Source: Paraspadella gotoi (Eukaryota; Animalia; Chaetognatha). From it: a stretch of DNA of 64,000 bases. Position 1 is the stretch's first letter, and the number at the start of each line of letters is the position of its first letter. Below, one piece after another: positions 1 to 15,797 of the stretch. The translations under genes and the position numbers were made by a program. The notes below the pieces were generated by a model. It worked only from the letters and a program-made list of their open reading frames with translations, was not told the DNA's origin and made no database searches. The stretch covers positions 12,121,620 to 12,185,619 of the forward strand of contig CM119271.1 in the NCBI GenBank assembly GCA_051294375.1, read 5' to 3'.

Positions 1-2300
<2,300 letters not shown>

Positions 2301-4629
2301 TTCCTGCCCGACGTCAGCCCCTCATTTCGCTTTAAGTTCGAGACGAGAAGACCGACGGCGGGGACGGCGGCGAATTGGACCGTTACACGATCATCTAAAG
2401 TCACTTTTTATTTCCGAGGAAATGCGTCAAAAAAAGGATCACGATGACTATTTACAAGAACCTGAATTTTTGTTCTCAACGTATTATTTTTTCCAAGCAT
2501 TTAACAAGAATTCCTCAAACATTAAACGAAAATCAACTAATAATGAATACTAACGTTACTTCTCTCTAATTATAAAGCTTAAATTACGATTCAAACGTGG
2601 ACTGAATTTGGTCACCGGAACAATATCTACTTCTTATCATCGTCTCCGACGTCGCCACGTTCCTAAGAATACAGTCGGCGTGACGGCGTCTCGATAACAA
2701 ACTTAACGCCACGACTTGGGCCGCGATAGCGTCACCAATTTCGGTCGTAAATTCGAATGTTCACATCTCGTCGATTTCAGCCTTTGTCACAATCACGGCG
2801 CCATTTTTAATATTTACTAGAATAGAGCGCCCCCTGCCCACTCGGCCTCTGTCTCGCTCTCTGTCTCACAATGTCTCGCTCTCCCTCTTGCACTCTTTTT
2901 TTCTCTTCCTTCTCTCTCTCTCTTCGGCCACTCTTATCCTCTTCCTTTTCTTCTTCCTTTTGTTTTTCGATAGATTTTAAGTTTTTATAACATTATAAAT
3001 ATATAGTTTAGTATAAATTTATATCTAATAATTATCGTCAACTTTTGAGTAATAGTTAAATTAGAAATATCAAAATTTATTATATAAATTCTTTTTACTC
3101 CTTTCAGAATGCAAACTTGGCCACTGGATCATCCATCAATCAGGAGCTCTTCCATCTGCAATTGAACCAAACGGGAACGTCAAGAAATGAACCGAACAAG
3201 TTGACAATAAGTCAATAACTTAATTAGATCAAGAAATACCAAAATTACTTTTGAGTATTGGATTAAAATTGTTCTGACTCTGAGCTGAATAAAGAAAAGA
3301 ACTGAATCTTCGAAATGTTGTCTTCATTTTGTTATGCTATATGTTTAGTGCTTATGTTTTGTGTCAAAGTCAATGTGGATCCAGGAATAGCGATTGAACT
3401 AGTGATTGAATCATCTGGCATTAGTTAAAATTTACTCTGAACTTGAATTTTTAACAAACAGAGGAGGGAGCTAAGCTCAATAATGATAATTTCAAAGTGA
3501 TATAAAGTAGCAGCCACCATTTAGCCTAAATTTTAAGCAGAGAAAATATGAAAATAATGACAATATTAATGTAAAGCATCTAAGCGACTAACTTAACTTT
3601 GACAAGCACTTGAGTTTGTGCTGTTACAAAGTTGAAGAACAGAGAAAAGATTAGTCTAATTTTATGATTCTTTATTGGCAAGTTTAAAGATATAAAACTT
3701 ATATGTAATTCACTCTCGTCTTTCTACATATTTAGTCATGACTCATTAACAAAAACATTTGATGACCATTAAGTAACCTATAAACAAAAGACCGAGATAA
3801 GTATTAAACAAGCTTGAGAAAACAACGCCAAATCTGTCTCGATAATTTAGCGGTAAGCAGAAGATAAGATGATTATTTTTTGTATTCCAAACATTTTTTG
3901 TTAATTCATTTGGTTGTAGTCTTTAGGGTGCTTTTGGTAGTGGTGATGGTAGTTGTTGTGGTTATGAAAATTACGCAGGTTATGTCTTATGATCGTCGTT
4001 TTTATGGTCCTTGTTATAATTGTGGTAGTCGTGGTCGCAGCATGTATTTCATATCAAAAGGAAAAAAAGCAAAATTAAATACGAAAACGTAATGTTGTTT
4101 TTTGTTGTTGTTTTGTTTTGTTAGTTTGTTAGTATTGTTTTTTCCATTTATTATTTTAACTCTTTTCCACTCCGACGATTCCACCGAAACTTGATTTCCG
4201 TCACAATCAACTCACAAATTTATCGTTGAGTAATTGGCGTTTAAACTTAAAGCTAAGGTGGACGGACGGACAGAAAGACAGATGGACGGACATCATTTTT
4301 TTGCATAATTTTAATTAGTTATTTAATGTTCTGTAATGATGTAGTGATTTGCCGACTTGATTGTAGGGTGTGACCGACGAACCGACAAAGTGAAAATAGC
4401 ACATTGTTTCTGACTATATGATTTATACTCGGATTTTTTAAGATAGTCCTTCCCAAATTCTCTCTTCAACAATACAACAGATCCGACCGACGCGGGGCTG
4501 GAAAAAGTTCACCGCAGACAGAGATGTTGACCGTGGGAAAAATGTCGCTAGAGGAAGGGGAAGATAGGGGTAGGATAGGGAAGATTGAGGGGAAGGGGAA
4601 GATAAGGGTGGGATAGGGATAGGGATATA

Positions 4630-5159
4630 GGCCCTTTAAAAATAACAAAATATAACAAATCGAATAAGGTACATAGCTATTTTAGTGTAAACAAGTCTGT
4701 AGAATTTATTAATGGTGATGACCATTTTTTTTGTATTATTTTATCTTTCTTGTCGAAAATGACGATTTTTAATGTATATAAAATTGTCCTGAAAAAGAAA
4801 AACAATTATAAGTTATGATAAATCAAATTATTAAAATTTTACAAAATTTACATGAGCTTTTGAAATATAAAAATAAAGACTTATAAAAATATTAATGTAA
4901 GTTTATTTCTAAATTTTATATTTATAAAAAGTTATTTAACTATATTTATTAATAATTATGAGTAAAAATTAGGTTAAAGTTAAAAAATAATAATTTCAAA
5001 ATTTTATTCATGGATGATTGTAATTATTATTATTATTAATATTATTATGATTATTATTATTCATTAATGATTATCAACATCGAATTCCACAGACTTGATT
5101 ACACTAAAATAGCTATGTACCTTATTCGATTTGTTATATTTTGTTATTTTTAAACGCCC
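4630..5159. mobile_element. MITE / foldback element with ~70-bp terminal inverted repeats
   Basis: 4635-4706 (tttaaaaataacaaaatataacaaatcgaataaggtacatagctattttagtgtaa...) is a near-perfect reverse complement of 5083-5154. The interior is AT-rich and non-coding. No clear TSD. Confidence 0.75.
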
Positions 5160-6299
5160 AAACTAGACAAAGAGCTTTTAACATAACAAAGTCAAATCAT
5201 TTTTCTCTTTCACCCATGAGGGAGAAACAAACCTCTCAAAGACTCACCCGAAATAGAGATTTGCTTATAACTTGAGAAAGAATAATTTTTGGAAACTGTT
5301 ATCTTACATAAGACTTTGTACCATTACTATGAAAAGACTGAATATGTATTTATGCCCATATGTTCCAGTGGCTTTTATCCAGTTTTAAATTTTTTTTTTG
5401 ATCACTGTGGAGGGAGAGAGAGAGAGGAAAATCCATCAAGAGCATTCAGGGAATTTTTTTATTATTGTGATATTCGTTTTCTCCACTAAATTTGGCACAA
5501 GAAACTTTGCAGGTATCAGGAACTTTCAAAAATGCATGGTATTTCTAGGAGCTCTAACAATCATTATCATTTAATTATAGTTATCATAGTTACAAATAAA
5601 TAAATCCTGGCATGGAGATTAATACGTTCTTGAGGTCTCTGGTTAAGATAAGCTCAGATTTGAATTTAACTTTTTAAAAATTTTTTTATACATTAAAAAT
5701 ATCTAAGCTACATAATTATTTTTTATTCAAACAAAAATTTAAAAGTGGCTGCGTTTGATACATTGACGAGCTACTTCAAAATCGTTTATGTCAAATTGTC
5801 AAATTGTTTATTGAATAGTCTTACCGTCTTCACTTGTTATTGATTTTCGTATTTTCTGTTGGAAAATAAATCATTCTTAATCTGAATCTCGTCCCGTTTA
5901 TTTGCCACATTATTACACATTATACATATTGTATAATGTGACTTAATGTAGGTGTAAATGATGGTGTCCGAAAGATTTTTGGATATAAACTTTTATCACA
6001 AAGATCTACTCAATGAAAAATACTGTTCTTCAGAAACTTGTTCCGTTTTTTACAACATAAAAATTAATTAATTAATTTTATTTAATTAACTTTTTTTTCT
6101 CTCTCTACTTTATTATGTTTTTCGTTTGCACAGATTTAGTCTATGTTTGTTTGTTGATGATGATTGTACTGAATCAACCTTGTTGTATTAGAATAAAATC
6201 GCATATATATTGATTAATATTTTAATACCTTAACCACGATACACGCCGGATTTTCTTTTCTTTCTTTTTTCCTTTTTTTTTTTTCGTTTCGTCATTGCT

Positions 6300-6430
6300 A
6301 TTGACGCACGATTCTCAATGTGACCGCGCGATTCCATTGGCCGACGTCGCGCGGTTCTCGGCCAATCAGCATCGTCGACGGTGATGTCAGACGAAAAGGA
6401 GCGTCGCTTCGGTCTCCTCGTGACGTGTTG
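6300..6430. promoter_or_regulatory. CpG-rich promoter-like island with paired CCAAT boxes and an ATF/CRE-type motif
   Basis: ATTGG 6336-6340, CCAAT 6362-6366 and TGACGTG 6421-6427 in a CpG-dense patch inside AT-rich DNA between the divergent MARK and bHLH genes. Confidence 0.4.
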
Positions 6431-6446
6431 CTCGCGACGAGAGAGC

Positions 6447-6478
<32 letters not shown>

Positions 6479-9380
6479 GAGAGAGAGACCGAGAGCGTGT
6501 TCGCGCGACAGCCACGACCGACCGGAAATGCCCTCTCGCCCTCTTCCAATTCTCCTCTTCCTCCTCCACCTCCCTTAGCTCTTGGTACACGCGATGACTC
6601 ATTCCAGCTCAGACGTCGCAACCTCGGCACATGTGCTCTTCCAAAAATTATCAATCTCCGGGTTTATTTTTATTTTTTTTAATTGCTTTCCTCTTCTGAT
6701 TTTTCGTTCGTAATGTTTAAATTGAACGCGCGTATTACTTGATATTTATGCCATGGATGAATTAATAAGCTACACGATTATTGCCTAAATTCGTTATAAA
6801 AGGTTCGCTGGATCGACATTTAACGATTGATCGTTTGTAAATTAATTCCGATTTAGTAATAAAACGTTTTGTTTATATATCCGAACTGAATATTTCTTTT
6901 CGTTAAAATAAACGCCACGTAATGTCAACATAACTTATGTAGTAAGTCTTAAAGTTCAGCCGCTTGACGTAAGTAAGTAAATGCAAACAAAAACTGCTTC
7001 GGTAAATGAATAAACTGGATAAAAGATTATTATAATATAAAGGGTTAATGTGAAGTTACAGAGAGGAGAAAGGGTCGCCAGGCCTTACTTTAATATACGC
7101 AGAGGGTCTGGGAGATTTTTCGTCTGTTGCCTAGCTTTGCGGAAGTCCGGAGCCGGCGATAGGATTGCTGCCGGTGGCTGAATCGGTCCAGTCACTCTTT
7201 TTGAAAGGATTGTTCCGACCAGGGTGAGAACACGTAACCATTGGTTTCGGAGATGAAGCGTCAGCTCAATGCGCTACTTCGCTATTATGGCTGAAACAGT
7301 CGTATCCATTGGATACTATCCAACGGGTAGTGATATAACATCACAACAAATGGTTATTATAATAAAAATGGTTTATATCTATAATTAAATCAATAAAACA
7401 ACCAATAGTCAAATTATCAAAAAAAAATAAATAAAATAAAGAGGGAGAGACAGAGTGAGAGAAAGAAAGAGACAGATCGACCTACAATATTGGTCCTACA
7501 TTTATTACCCGAAAATACGTAAAGTTTTATTGATTCTACACAGACGAAATAAGTTTATTTCCATTCCACGTTTGGCGAAAGTTTATGTCCAACACGTCCG
7601 ACTGTTGAACTTTTTCCATCGTCATCTTTGTTGACGATGGATAGAGAACGGTCGGCAACTGGTCGATGAGGAAGATAATTGCGTGATTGGCACAACCATC
7701 TGCTGATAAGTAAATCACGAGTTCATTTTTTCTTGTCAATTAACTTATGTTTACTTATAAAATTGGTACAACTAATTTAAAAATTATCCATTCATCCATT
7801 CATTTATCTTGCCCCTGACTTTGAACAGGCTTTGGTGGATTAAGGCCTCCATCACTCTGACAAGATAATGATTATTTTATTCTTTTTTTATTAAAAGTTT
7901 TATTGTATCTGTCGTTGCAAGTTGCAACGTTATAAGTTACTCTATTGTCCGTCGGTCTGTCTGCATATTCGATTGACAATAAAATTGCTCCAAAGTGCAA
8001 ATCAAATATTCTGTAAATAGTAGAAGGGAGCTCTCGGGAACAAAAATTTTATTTGAGATATGTCACAATGATAATTATAGGTGTATTGGTATAATTATTA
8101 AATACGAGAAATATTATACTCATATTCTGAGGAGAACCATATCAGAAATTGCAATAAATTATCAATTTTCAAAATGACTTTTTAAAATTTTTTTAAAAAA
8201 GTTACACGAAAAGTATTAAAAATACTTTTTTAAATTTCTGATGTCGTCAGTGTCAAAAATGTAAAAAAAATTAAAATTTTCAAATTTTTATTCGCTGTAA
8301 TAAAAAATATTATATGACAAAACGTTTTAAACGTTTCTCGGGGCCTTTAATATTAATACCCAAAACAGTATTGATAATAAATAAAAATTTTTTTTATTAA
8401 TATCGAAAACGATATTAATACAATAGTACAACAGTAACGCTATCAACAACAGAATAAAATGACTGGAATGGTATCGGTAACGGTATCAATAACAGCGTTA
8501 TTTTTTCATATTGTGAACTAATTCATAAAAAACTATAAAATATAACATTCAAGAACGTTCAAAGATCAGATGTTAAAAATCATAAAAACCAGGAACAGTA
8601 AAAAACGTCAAGTATAGAATGGAAGCAACATTAATAAATTAATACTTAAAAACATAAAATATGAAACAAAAAAAACATGAAATGTTATAACCCTAAAATA
8701 AAAACGTTAAAGTTATTAAAATTCAAAACCAGAGCTAAATAAAATAAAATAAAAATTTAAAAATTTAAAAATTAAATTAAATTTCGAAAACTTTAACTAA
8801 TTATCATATAACATATTTTACAAATTTTGTTAGTTTTTTCTGACGAAACTGAATCTGTTCTTAAAATTTATAAGAATACTACAATAAACTTACAAAGAAA
8901 AGATACGCTCAAGATTTTATCATTTATATATGACAAAAGCAGCAAAAAATATTGTGACATCTCTCAATCTTTTCTTCATTGCTCCGCCCTATTGCATATG
9001 TGAGAATATGTAGTAAAATATTTTTTTCCAAGGTTTTCAAACAAATAATAATAATAATATGCAAATGAAGCTTGAATCGAGGCTTATAAAAAACAAATGA
9101 TCTACCCAAAAGCCACTTTTTCATTTTCTTCCAACTCTTTATCTCGGTAAACGAGTGAAAGCTCTCTCTCTCTCTCTCTCTCTGTCTGTCTCTCTCTCTC
9201 TCTTTGCCTATCTCTCTGTCTCTCTCTCTCTGTTCCCCCCACTTTTCGACAACTCTCTCTCACTCTCACTCCCATTCATAGAAAACTTAATCAATCAGGT
9301 TAAATCTTAGATCTATCAAAGTTGGCGGTAAACAAATCCATTTTTAGTCGAGAAAGAAATAAAATATTTATGCCATTCTC

Positions 9381-9487
<107 letters not shown>

Positions 9488-9829
9488 GATAAATTGCTCG
9501 TCACTATTGACTGAATCTCGACAGAATCTTTCGGTTCCCCAACCGAATTCAATTTATTCCTTCTCACGCGACGACGGTTCTCACCGAAAAAGTGACCACT
9601 GATCAGTGACCACCTCACCTCGTGAAATTCAGTCTTGACCCGAACCATGTCACTCGCCCACCCAGCCGCTCGACAAAACCGGTAACCCACCCGACTGATT
9701 AAGTTTGTCCGTTTGTCCGTCAGCCTCTGTGTCTGTCTACAGGGTCCAACAAATGACAAAAACATTAACTGTTATAATTAATAACAAATATTCATTTATT
9801 ACTAGTGAGAGGAGGCGATGTTTGTTTAC

Positions 9830-9875
<46 letters not shown>

Positions 9876-10768
9876 ACGACGTGAGTAAATAAAACCTTAG
9901 TTGTTAAAAAAAAAAATAAAGTCAGGTCTTGTAATCGAATTATGTACGACTGATTCGCCCTTAATCGAATAATTCCTACCTATGGAAATGTTATTTTTAA
10001 ATTGATAAACAAGCAAGAAAAAAAAGTAGAAAATTATTGCCTGTCCATTACTTTTTACCGTTGGCTCACATACCCTTTTTACTTGAATGATAATTCTGTA
10101 ACATTAATAATCCTTACTAAAACAGACGATGCGTTGATTGGTCGTCTTCGGCGCCAATGAGACGAGTCTTCCTACCCAAAGTCATGCCTCGCGACGTCAC
10201 TTATCGATCTCTCAACCATCGTGAAAAGAAAAAAGGGCAACAGATCGAGATGAAGAAACTTTCCAAATACTCAAGTCTTCGCTAAGCGTAACTCCCTCTG
10301 AAGAGCGACAACGAAACAATGGGGAAAAAAATCAAACAGTTGAACAGCGAATATGACAAAATGGAGCAAGAAAAAAGAGCGCGAAAGATAACTTAATAGG
10401 AAATAAAAAAAACAAAAATTCTTAAATTAAAAGATATACGTATATACGTATGTTCCGTATATGAAAAAAAAACAAACAAAAAAACAAACAAAAAACAAAA
10501 CCAAACAATTGTCGCACCAACCAATTTGAAATAAATATTTATTCACGAAAAATCATTTTTCCGAGAAAAAAAACAAAAACCAAAAAAAAAAAAAAAAGCA
10601 ATAACATTCAGAAATAAAGTAACAACCGTTTGTCGTTTGAAATTCCAATCATCAACAAATATAAAAACCCCTAAAACAACAACGAAAAACCAACAAAAAT
10701 TCAAAACAAATAAAACAAAAACAAATCTCAAAACAAACAAAGGCCCCCCCACCCGAGCAAAAACAAGA

Positions 10769-13216
10769 ATGAGCGCGAGCGAGTTGGACTTTTTGACGGG
10801 GATGGACGGCGACGAAGATTGGGAGAACTTTAGTCCCGTTTTGATGGGATACGAATTCGCCGAGCCGCAGCGGGAGAACGACGCCGCCAGCGTCCTCGAC
10901 GGAGACGCCGCCAGCGCCCTCGACTGTTTCGAAGAGGCGGACCTCATTTGTTCCGAAGATCTCTTCCTCTCCACGCCCCCGTCGAGCGTCGCCGAATCCG
11001 CGACGGCGTTTCCCACCACGCCTCCTGCGGAGACGCCGAAGGAAGATGAAGACCCGCTTCAGCGGCAGCGGGAGCGACCTGCTGGCGACGATGCGGCGCA
11101 GCTTCATCGACTGTCGGTTGACGACGCGGCGCAGCGACTGACGGATGATCTGACGCAGCTTCAGCAGCGACTGTCGGCCGACGATACGGCGCAGCGAATG
11201 ACGGACGATCCCTCCCAGCTTCAGCGACTGTCGGTCGACAACGTGACGCAGCGAATAATCGAAGATCCCTCTCAGCTTCAGCAGCGACTGTCGGTCGACG
11301 ACACGGTGCAGCGAATGACGGACGATCCCTTGCAGGTTCAACAGCTGCAGCGTCAGACTCAATGCCTGCGAATGGATACGAATCCCACGACGTCGAGAAA
11401 GAGACAAAACGACGGTGATTTTTCGAGCGAATCCTCGTCGGCCATGTCCCGTCTACTCATCGCGGGAGGCGCCGGCGCTAACGTCCCCGCGGAGCTCAAA
11501 CCGGTCGCGCTCAACTTTGTCTCCGGCGCCGGAACGACCAAATTACTCGGCACGCTGCCGGCGTCGTCCCGTTCTTCTCGGCACTCCACCGGCACGCTCA
11601 AGACAAATCAAATAAAATCGACGAAGAGCGCCGCGACCAACATCCTTCAGGCGGCGACAATCTTCCAAACGACGCCGATTCGTCGCGCCGGAACTCATCA
11701 AGTGCTGGGCGTCGTGATCCCGACGCCAGCGACCTTCGTTTCGGCGCCGGAAGTCTTCCCCGACGCGATGGTCAACGCCTTCGTCCCGAGCGACTCTCTC
11801 CGGCAAACGTCGACGAGCCTCTTGACGACGGTCATCTCCTCTCCGGCGTCGCAAAATCAACAACGACAACAACAACTTTTCTCCGACACATCCAGCCGAT
11901 GTTCCTCCTCTTCCCCGGAGCAGCAGACGCAGCCCCAGGCGCAACTTCCGCTGCCGTGGACGCAGCCTATCGATGCCGGGCTGGCTCAGGCGGATCTCAA
12001 GCAGGCCTCACAGGAAGCGGCCCTTCAGATGCGGCTGGGCCTGGCCGGTTCCGGCTCCACAGGTCGACGCCGTCCGGCAAGCCTCTCTCTCAAGACAATC
12101 GTGTCTCCAACGCGACCCAATTTCGCGGAAGCGTCTTCGTCTTCTTCAGAAGCGCGCGAGTCTAAAGTGGCTAAGATGGAGTTGGATTCAAAGATGGCGC
12201 CCATACATGAAACAAAGATGGCGCCTGTTCATGAAACAAAGATGGCGCCGGTACATGAAACAAAGATGGCGCCCATGTTTGAAACAAAGATGGCGCTGGT
12301 GCATGAAACAAAGATGGCACTGGTGCATGAAACAAAGATAGCGCCGGTGCATGAAACAAAGATAGCGCCGATGCATGAAACAAAGATGGCGCCAATGTTT
12401 GAAACAAAGATGGCGCCGATGCATGAAACAAAGATGGCGCCGATACATGAAACAAAGATGGCGCCGATTAATGAAACAAAGATGGCGCCGATGCATGAAA
12501 CAAAGATGGCGCCGATGCATGAAACAAAGATGGCGCCGATGAATGAAACAAAGATGTCTTCAATGTTTGAATCAAAGATAGGGCAGATATTGGACGCCAA
12601 ATCCCTTTGCGGTCTTTCGATCGTGACTTCGGAGAGTGGTCATCCTATGTTGGAGTCTCTCTCTCCTTCCGTCGGCGGAGAAGGCACGGGCTCCGAGGGT
12701 CTCTCCCCATCGGCGCCGGACGCCCCGCTCCACGCGTCATCGACGGCCGGACGCCGGAAACGCGCTTGCCTCTCGGCGCGCGAGCGAAATCTCCGTCGAT
12801 TGGAATCCAACGAGAGAGAGAGACAGAGAATGCATTCGCTTAACGACGCGTTCCAACAGCTTCGCGAGGTTATACCCCACGTCAAGTGCGGACGGAAACT
12901 CTCCAAGATCGAGACTCTCACGTTGGCCAGGAATTACGTGAAGGCTCTGACGAATACCATCTGCCATCTTAAGGGGCAACCGCGACCCTACGTCTTCGAA
13001 ACGACCGAGGTGGAAGTCGATGAGGAGGAGGAGGAGGAAGAGGAGGAGGAGGCGGGGAACGCGAAAGCAGACGATCAACGTCCGCCGCCGCAGCAGCAGC
13101 AGCAGCCGACACCGATCATCCGCATCGAGGAGGCGACGTCGTCGACGATCGATTCGCAGCAGGAGATTCTGCTGCAAGGAACGACTCTCATCTCCGGACA
13201 ATTTTTGGAGTTTTGA
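10769..13216 (+). CDS. dimm: dimmed/MIST1 (BHLHA15)-type bHLH transcription factor, 815 aa, apparently intronless
   Basis: Continuous ORF from ATG 10769. The C-terminal b[61 protein letters not shown] matches the Mist1/dimmed signature [25 protein letters not shown]. Confidence 0.92.
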   Translation: MSASELDFLTGMDGDEDWENFSPVLMGYEFAEPQRENDAASVLDGDAASALDCFEEADLICSEDLFLSTPPSSVAESATAFPTTPPAETPKEDEDPLQRQRERPAGDDAAQLHRLSVDDAAQRLTDDLTQLQQRLSADDTAQRMTDDPSQLQRLSVDNVTQRIIEDPSQLQQRLSVDDTVQRMTDDPLQVQQLQRQTQCLRMDTNPTTSRKRQNDGDFSSESSSAMSRLLIAGGAGANVPAELKPVALNFVSGAGTTKLLGTLPASSRSSRHSTGTLKTNQIKSTKSAATNILQAATIFQTTPIRRAGTHQVLGVVIPTPATFVSAPEVFPDAMVNAFVPSDSLRQTSTSLLTTVISSPASQNQQRQQQLFSDTSSRCSSSSPEQQTQPQAQLPLPWTQPIDAGLAQADLKQASQEAALQMRLGLAGSGSTGRRRPASLSLKTIVSPTRPNFAEASSSSSEARESKVAKMELDSKMAPIHETKMAPVHETKMAPVHETKMAPMFETKMALVHETKMALVHETKIAPVHETKIAPMHETKMAPMFETKMAPMHETKMAPIHETKMAPINETKMAPMHETKMAPMHETKMAPMNETKMSSMFESKIGQILDAKSLCGLSIVTSESGHPMLESLSPSVGGEGTGSEGLSPSAPDAPLHASSTAGRRKRACLSARERNLRRLESNERERQRMHSLNDAFQQLREVIPHVKCGRKLSKIETLTLARNYVKALTNTICHLKGQPRPYVFETTEVEVDEEEEEEEEEEAGNAKADDQRPPPQQQQQPTPIIRIEEATSSTIDSQQEILLQGTTLISGQFLEF
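11101..11340 (+). repeat. Coding tandem repeat, about 4 copies of 57-60 bp (LQ(Q)RLSVDD..QR.TDDP.Q)
   Basis: Repeated cttcagc(agc)gactgtcggtcgacga...cagcgaatgacggacgatcc units, in frame within the bHLH ORF. Confidence 0.85.
12191..12574 (+). repeat. Coding minisatellite, 16 x 24 bp (KMAPMHET octapeptide)
   Basis: Unit aagatggcgccgatgcatgaaaca. Fifteen good copies span 12191-12550, followed by one degenerate copy. Confidence 0.95.
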
Positions 13217-14511
13217 AAGGCAGGTGCGGTTTGGCCGGCGACTTGACGGCGTCGTGAGACGACGTAAGAGTCAAACGGCGTCATGATGGGTCGCCTAGGG
13301 TCGGGCTGCCTCTTGAGGTGTAGGGCGGCGGAACCTCTCTTTTTTTTTCTTGAGTCGCCGGCGTTGACGCGACGGGCTGCGTCCGACGTCCTCGTCGATG
13401 ACACATGAAGAACTAATAGATTCCATGAAAGTCGAGAGCCCAAGTTTTGCTCGTTAAATTTTGTTAAATCTTTGTTTTTTTGTTGTCATGAATCGACTAA
13501 ACAAAAGTTGAAGGTCAACCAAACTAACAAAACATAAAACAAACAAGAACTTAAAATAATCCTCTCAAAAAAATAAAAGAAATAAAATAAAAGACAAACG
13601 AAAAAACAAATGAAAAAAAAAATCTAAAAAAGTCTTCGTAAAAGCGAATTTAAAAAAAAAAAGCCACTTCCTTGTTTAATTATTTTAATTTCGTTCGTTT
13701 AGTATTTAAACGATAAACATTTGCTCTTCTAGTCAATCAAATCAATCGCAAATCACTCAGTCAGTCAACTGACAATCGTTCAAACGTTTTTTTTCCTTTT
13801 CGTTAAAACTAAAAAAAAAAAACACAAAAAAAAGGCAAAAAAACCAAACATTTTTTACTTTTTTTTCAGCCCAAAGTAGTAGAAAACTATTCCCCCCCCC
13901 CGTCTCCTCAAATTTTTTTGGTGTCAAGTTTAATCCAAACCCCTAACGTAGGAGTTATACTCTACCGATCGATATTCGCTATATTTATTTTCATATTGGC
14001 AGCTTATTATTTTTTTTCAAGCTTTGATACAGAAAAAGTTAACTCGTCTTTCTCATCGTTTCTACTCTCAAGAATTAACGCTGGCGTTGATTCCTTTCCT
14101 AAAAAAAAATTTTCATATCGTATTTAAATATTCCTTTTTTTAAAATTTTCTCTCTCCGCTTTTTTTGGAAATAGTCAATCATACAATAACAAAATTGCAT
14201 ATCTCTCCTTCTTGCCGCTCTGTATTTTCTACATCGCTGCGTTTCTTACATTGCCGTATTTCTTACATCGCCGTATTTATTACATTTGCTGTATTTTTTC
14301 CCCCGAATCGCATTAATTCTCTCTCTCTCTCTCTCTCCCCATTTTTTTAAATGGCTGCTAGTCCTCGTGCCTCTGTTGCTATCATACTTTCTTTTTTCGT
14401 TTCTGTCCGAGAAAAAAAAAGTCAAATAATCTGTTGTGACGTTTTATAAATCAAAAAAGATACTCTCTCTCTCTCTCTCTCTCTTCTCTTTCTCTCTTCT
14501 CTCTCTCTTTA

Positions 14512-14547
<36 letters not shown>

Positions 14548-14676
14548 CTTATTCTTGTTATTCTTCTTTCTCTCTCTCTTATTCTCTGTCTTACACACAC
14601 TCTCTCTCTCTCTCTTCTCTCTTATTCTCTTATTCTTTCTCCTCTCATATTCTCCGTTCTCACCACTCTTTTTCTC

Positions 14677-14721
<45 letters not shown>

Positions 14722-15544
14722 ACACACACACACACACAAAAGTAAGCCTTCCAGAAATCGGAATCCTACCTCAAACGTAAACATAATGAGTTTTTTTTTC
14801 AGGCGCATTTGTTTAATTCGTTTAAATGATTAAAGGTGGGACGATGATCGCTACTTGAGACAAATGAACAACGCCGTAGTATTATATTAATTGATAATGC
14901 GATAATACGATACAACGATAAGAATACAAGTCGAATTAAAAACGCAAGACGTTTAAATGATTTTAAAATAAAATCTAAGTGAGATCATTATTTTTTATCA
15001 TTTGATTAACGGCATTTCGGTCTCTCATTAAATACGGAAATAAAAAAAAAAAAAAGGTTAAAAGTAAAAAAATAAAAGGGCGCGCTTCGCTCTCATTTCA
15101 AAAGCCTCACGCTGAAAAAGAAAAAAAGAAACAAAAAGCCACGTCATATATATTTATTAAATGTTTACATAATTTTAAACATCTTTTTTTCTCCTCCCCG
15201 CGTCTCGGCGATAACTGACTGAGCGTGGATATTGTTATGGTTCCCTCTTCCTCCTAATCATGTCTGTTACAACATTTCGAGTCTTCGTCTTAGTTAATAG
15301 TTTTCCCATTTTTTGTTATTGTTTTTTTTTGTTTCTTTACGTATTAAATTGTTTTTTAGTCAACGAAAACATTTTTTTTTTCCAAATCTTTGATCCACAG
15401 TCCAATGATCCGAAAATAAAGTATATATTATTATTGATATTATTATTATTATTACGTCATGATGCGTTAATCCTTTCTTTTTCGTTGTTCATAGGTATTG
15501 AGAGAGCAAAGAATTTTGAATTTAACAACGATTTTTTATTAGTA

Positions 15545-15590
15545 GTTGGACAGTTTCGGCTTGCTTATTTCAAGCCTTCATCAGCATATG
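15545..15590 (-). ncRNA. Minimal hammerhead ribozyme in the 3' pseudo-LTR (one base missing in stem III)
   Basis: Minus strand: CTGATGA-A-GGCTTG-aaataag-CAAGCC-GAAA-CTGTC. Confidence 0.65.
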
Positions 15591-15765
15591 ACATTCAATA
15601 ATAAATTTTGTGCAAAAGAAGAGTGTGAGAGAGAGAGAGAGAGAGAGAGAGGGTAAAAGTTTTTCCAACAAAGTGGTGAGACAGAATAGTGGTCAGATGT
15701 GAGGACAGGTTGAAGGTGAGGACAGATTGAGTGAGTTGTGAAAAGAAGTGAAACTTGTTAAAGAG

Positions 15766-15797
<32 letters not shown>

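Noticed and set aside
7060-7290. Possible second SINE or structured RNA on the minus strand
   Set aside because: Single copy in the window with only weak A/B-box resemblance.
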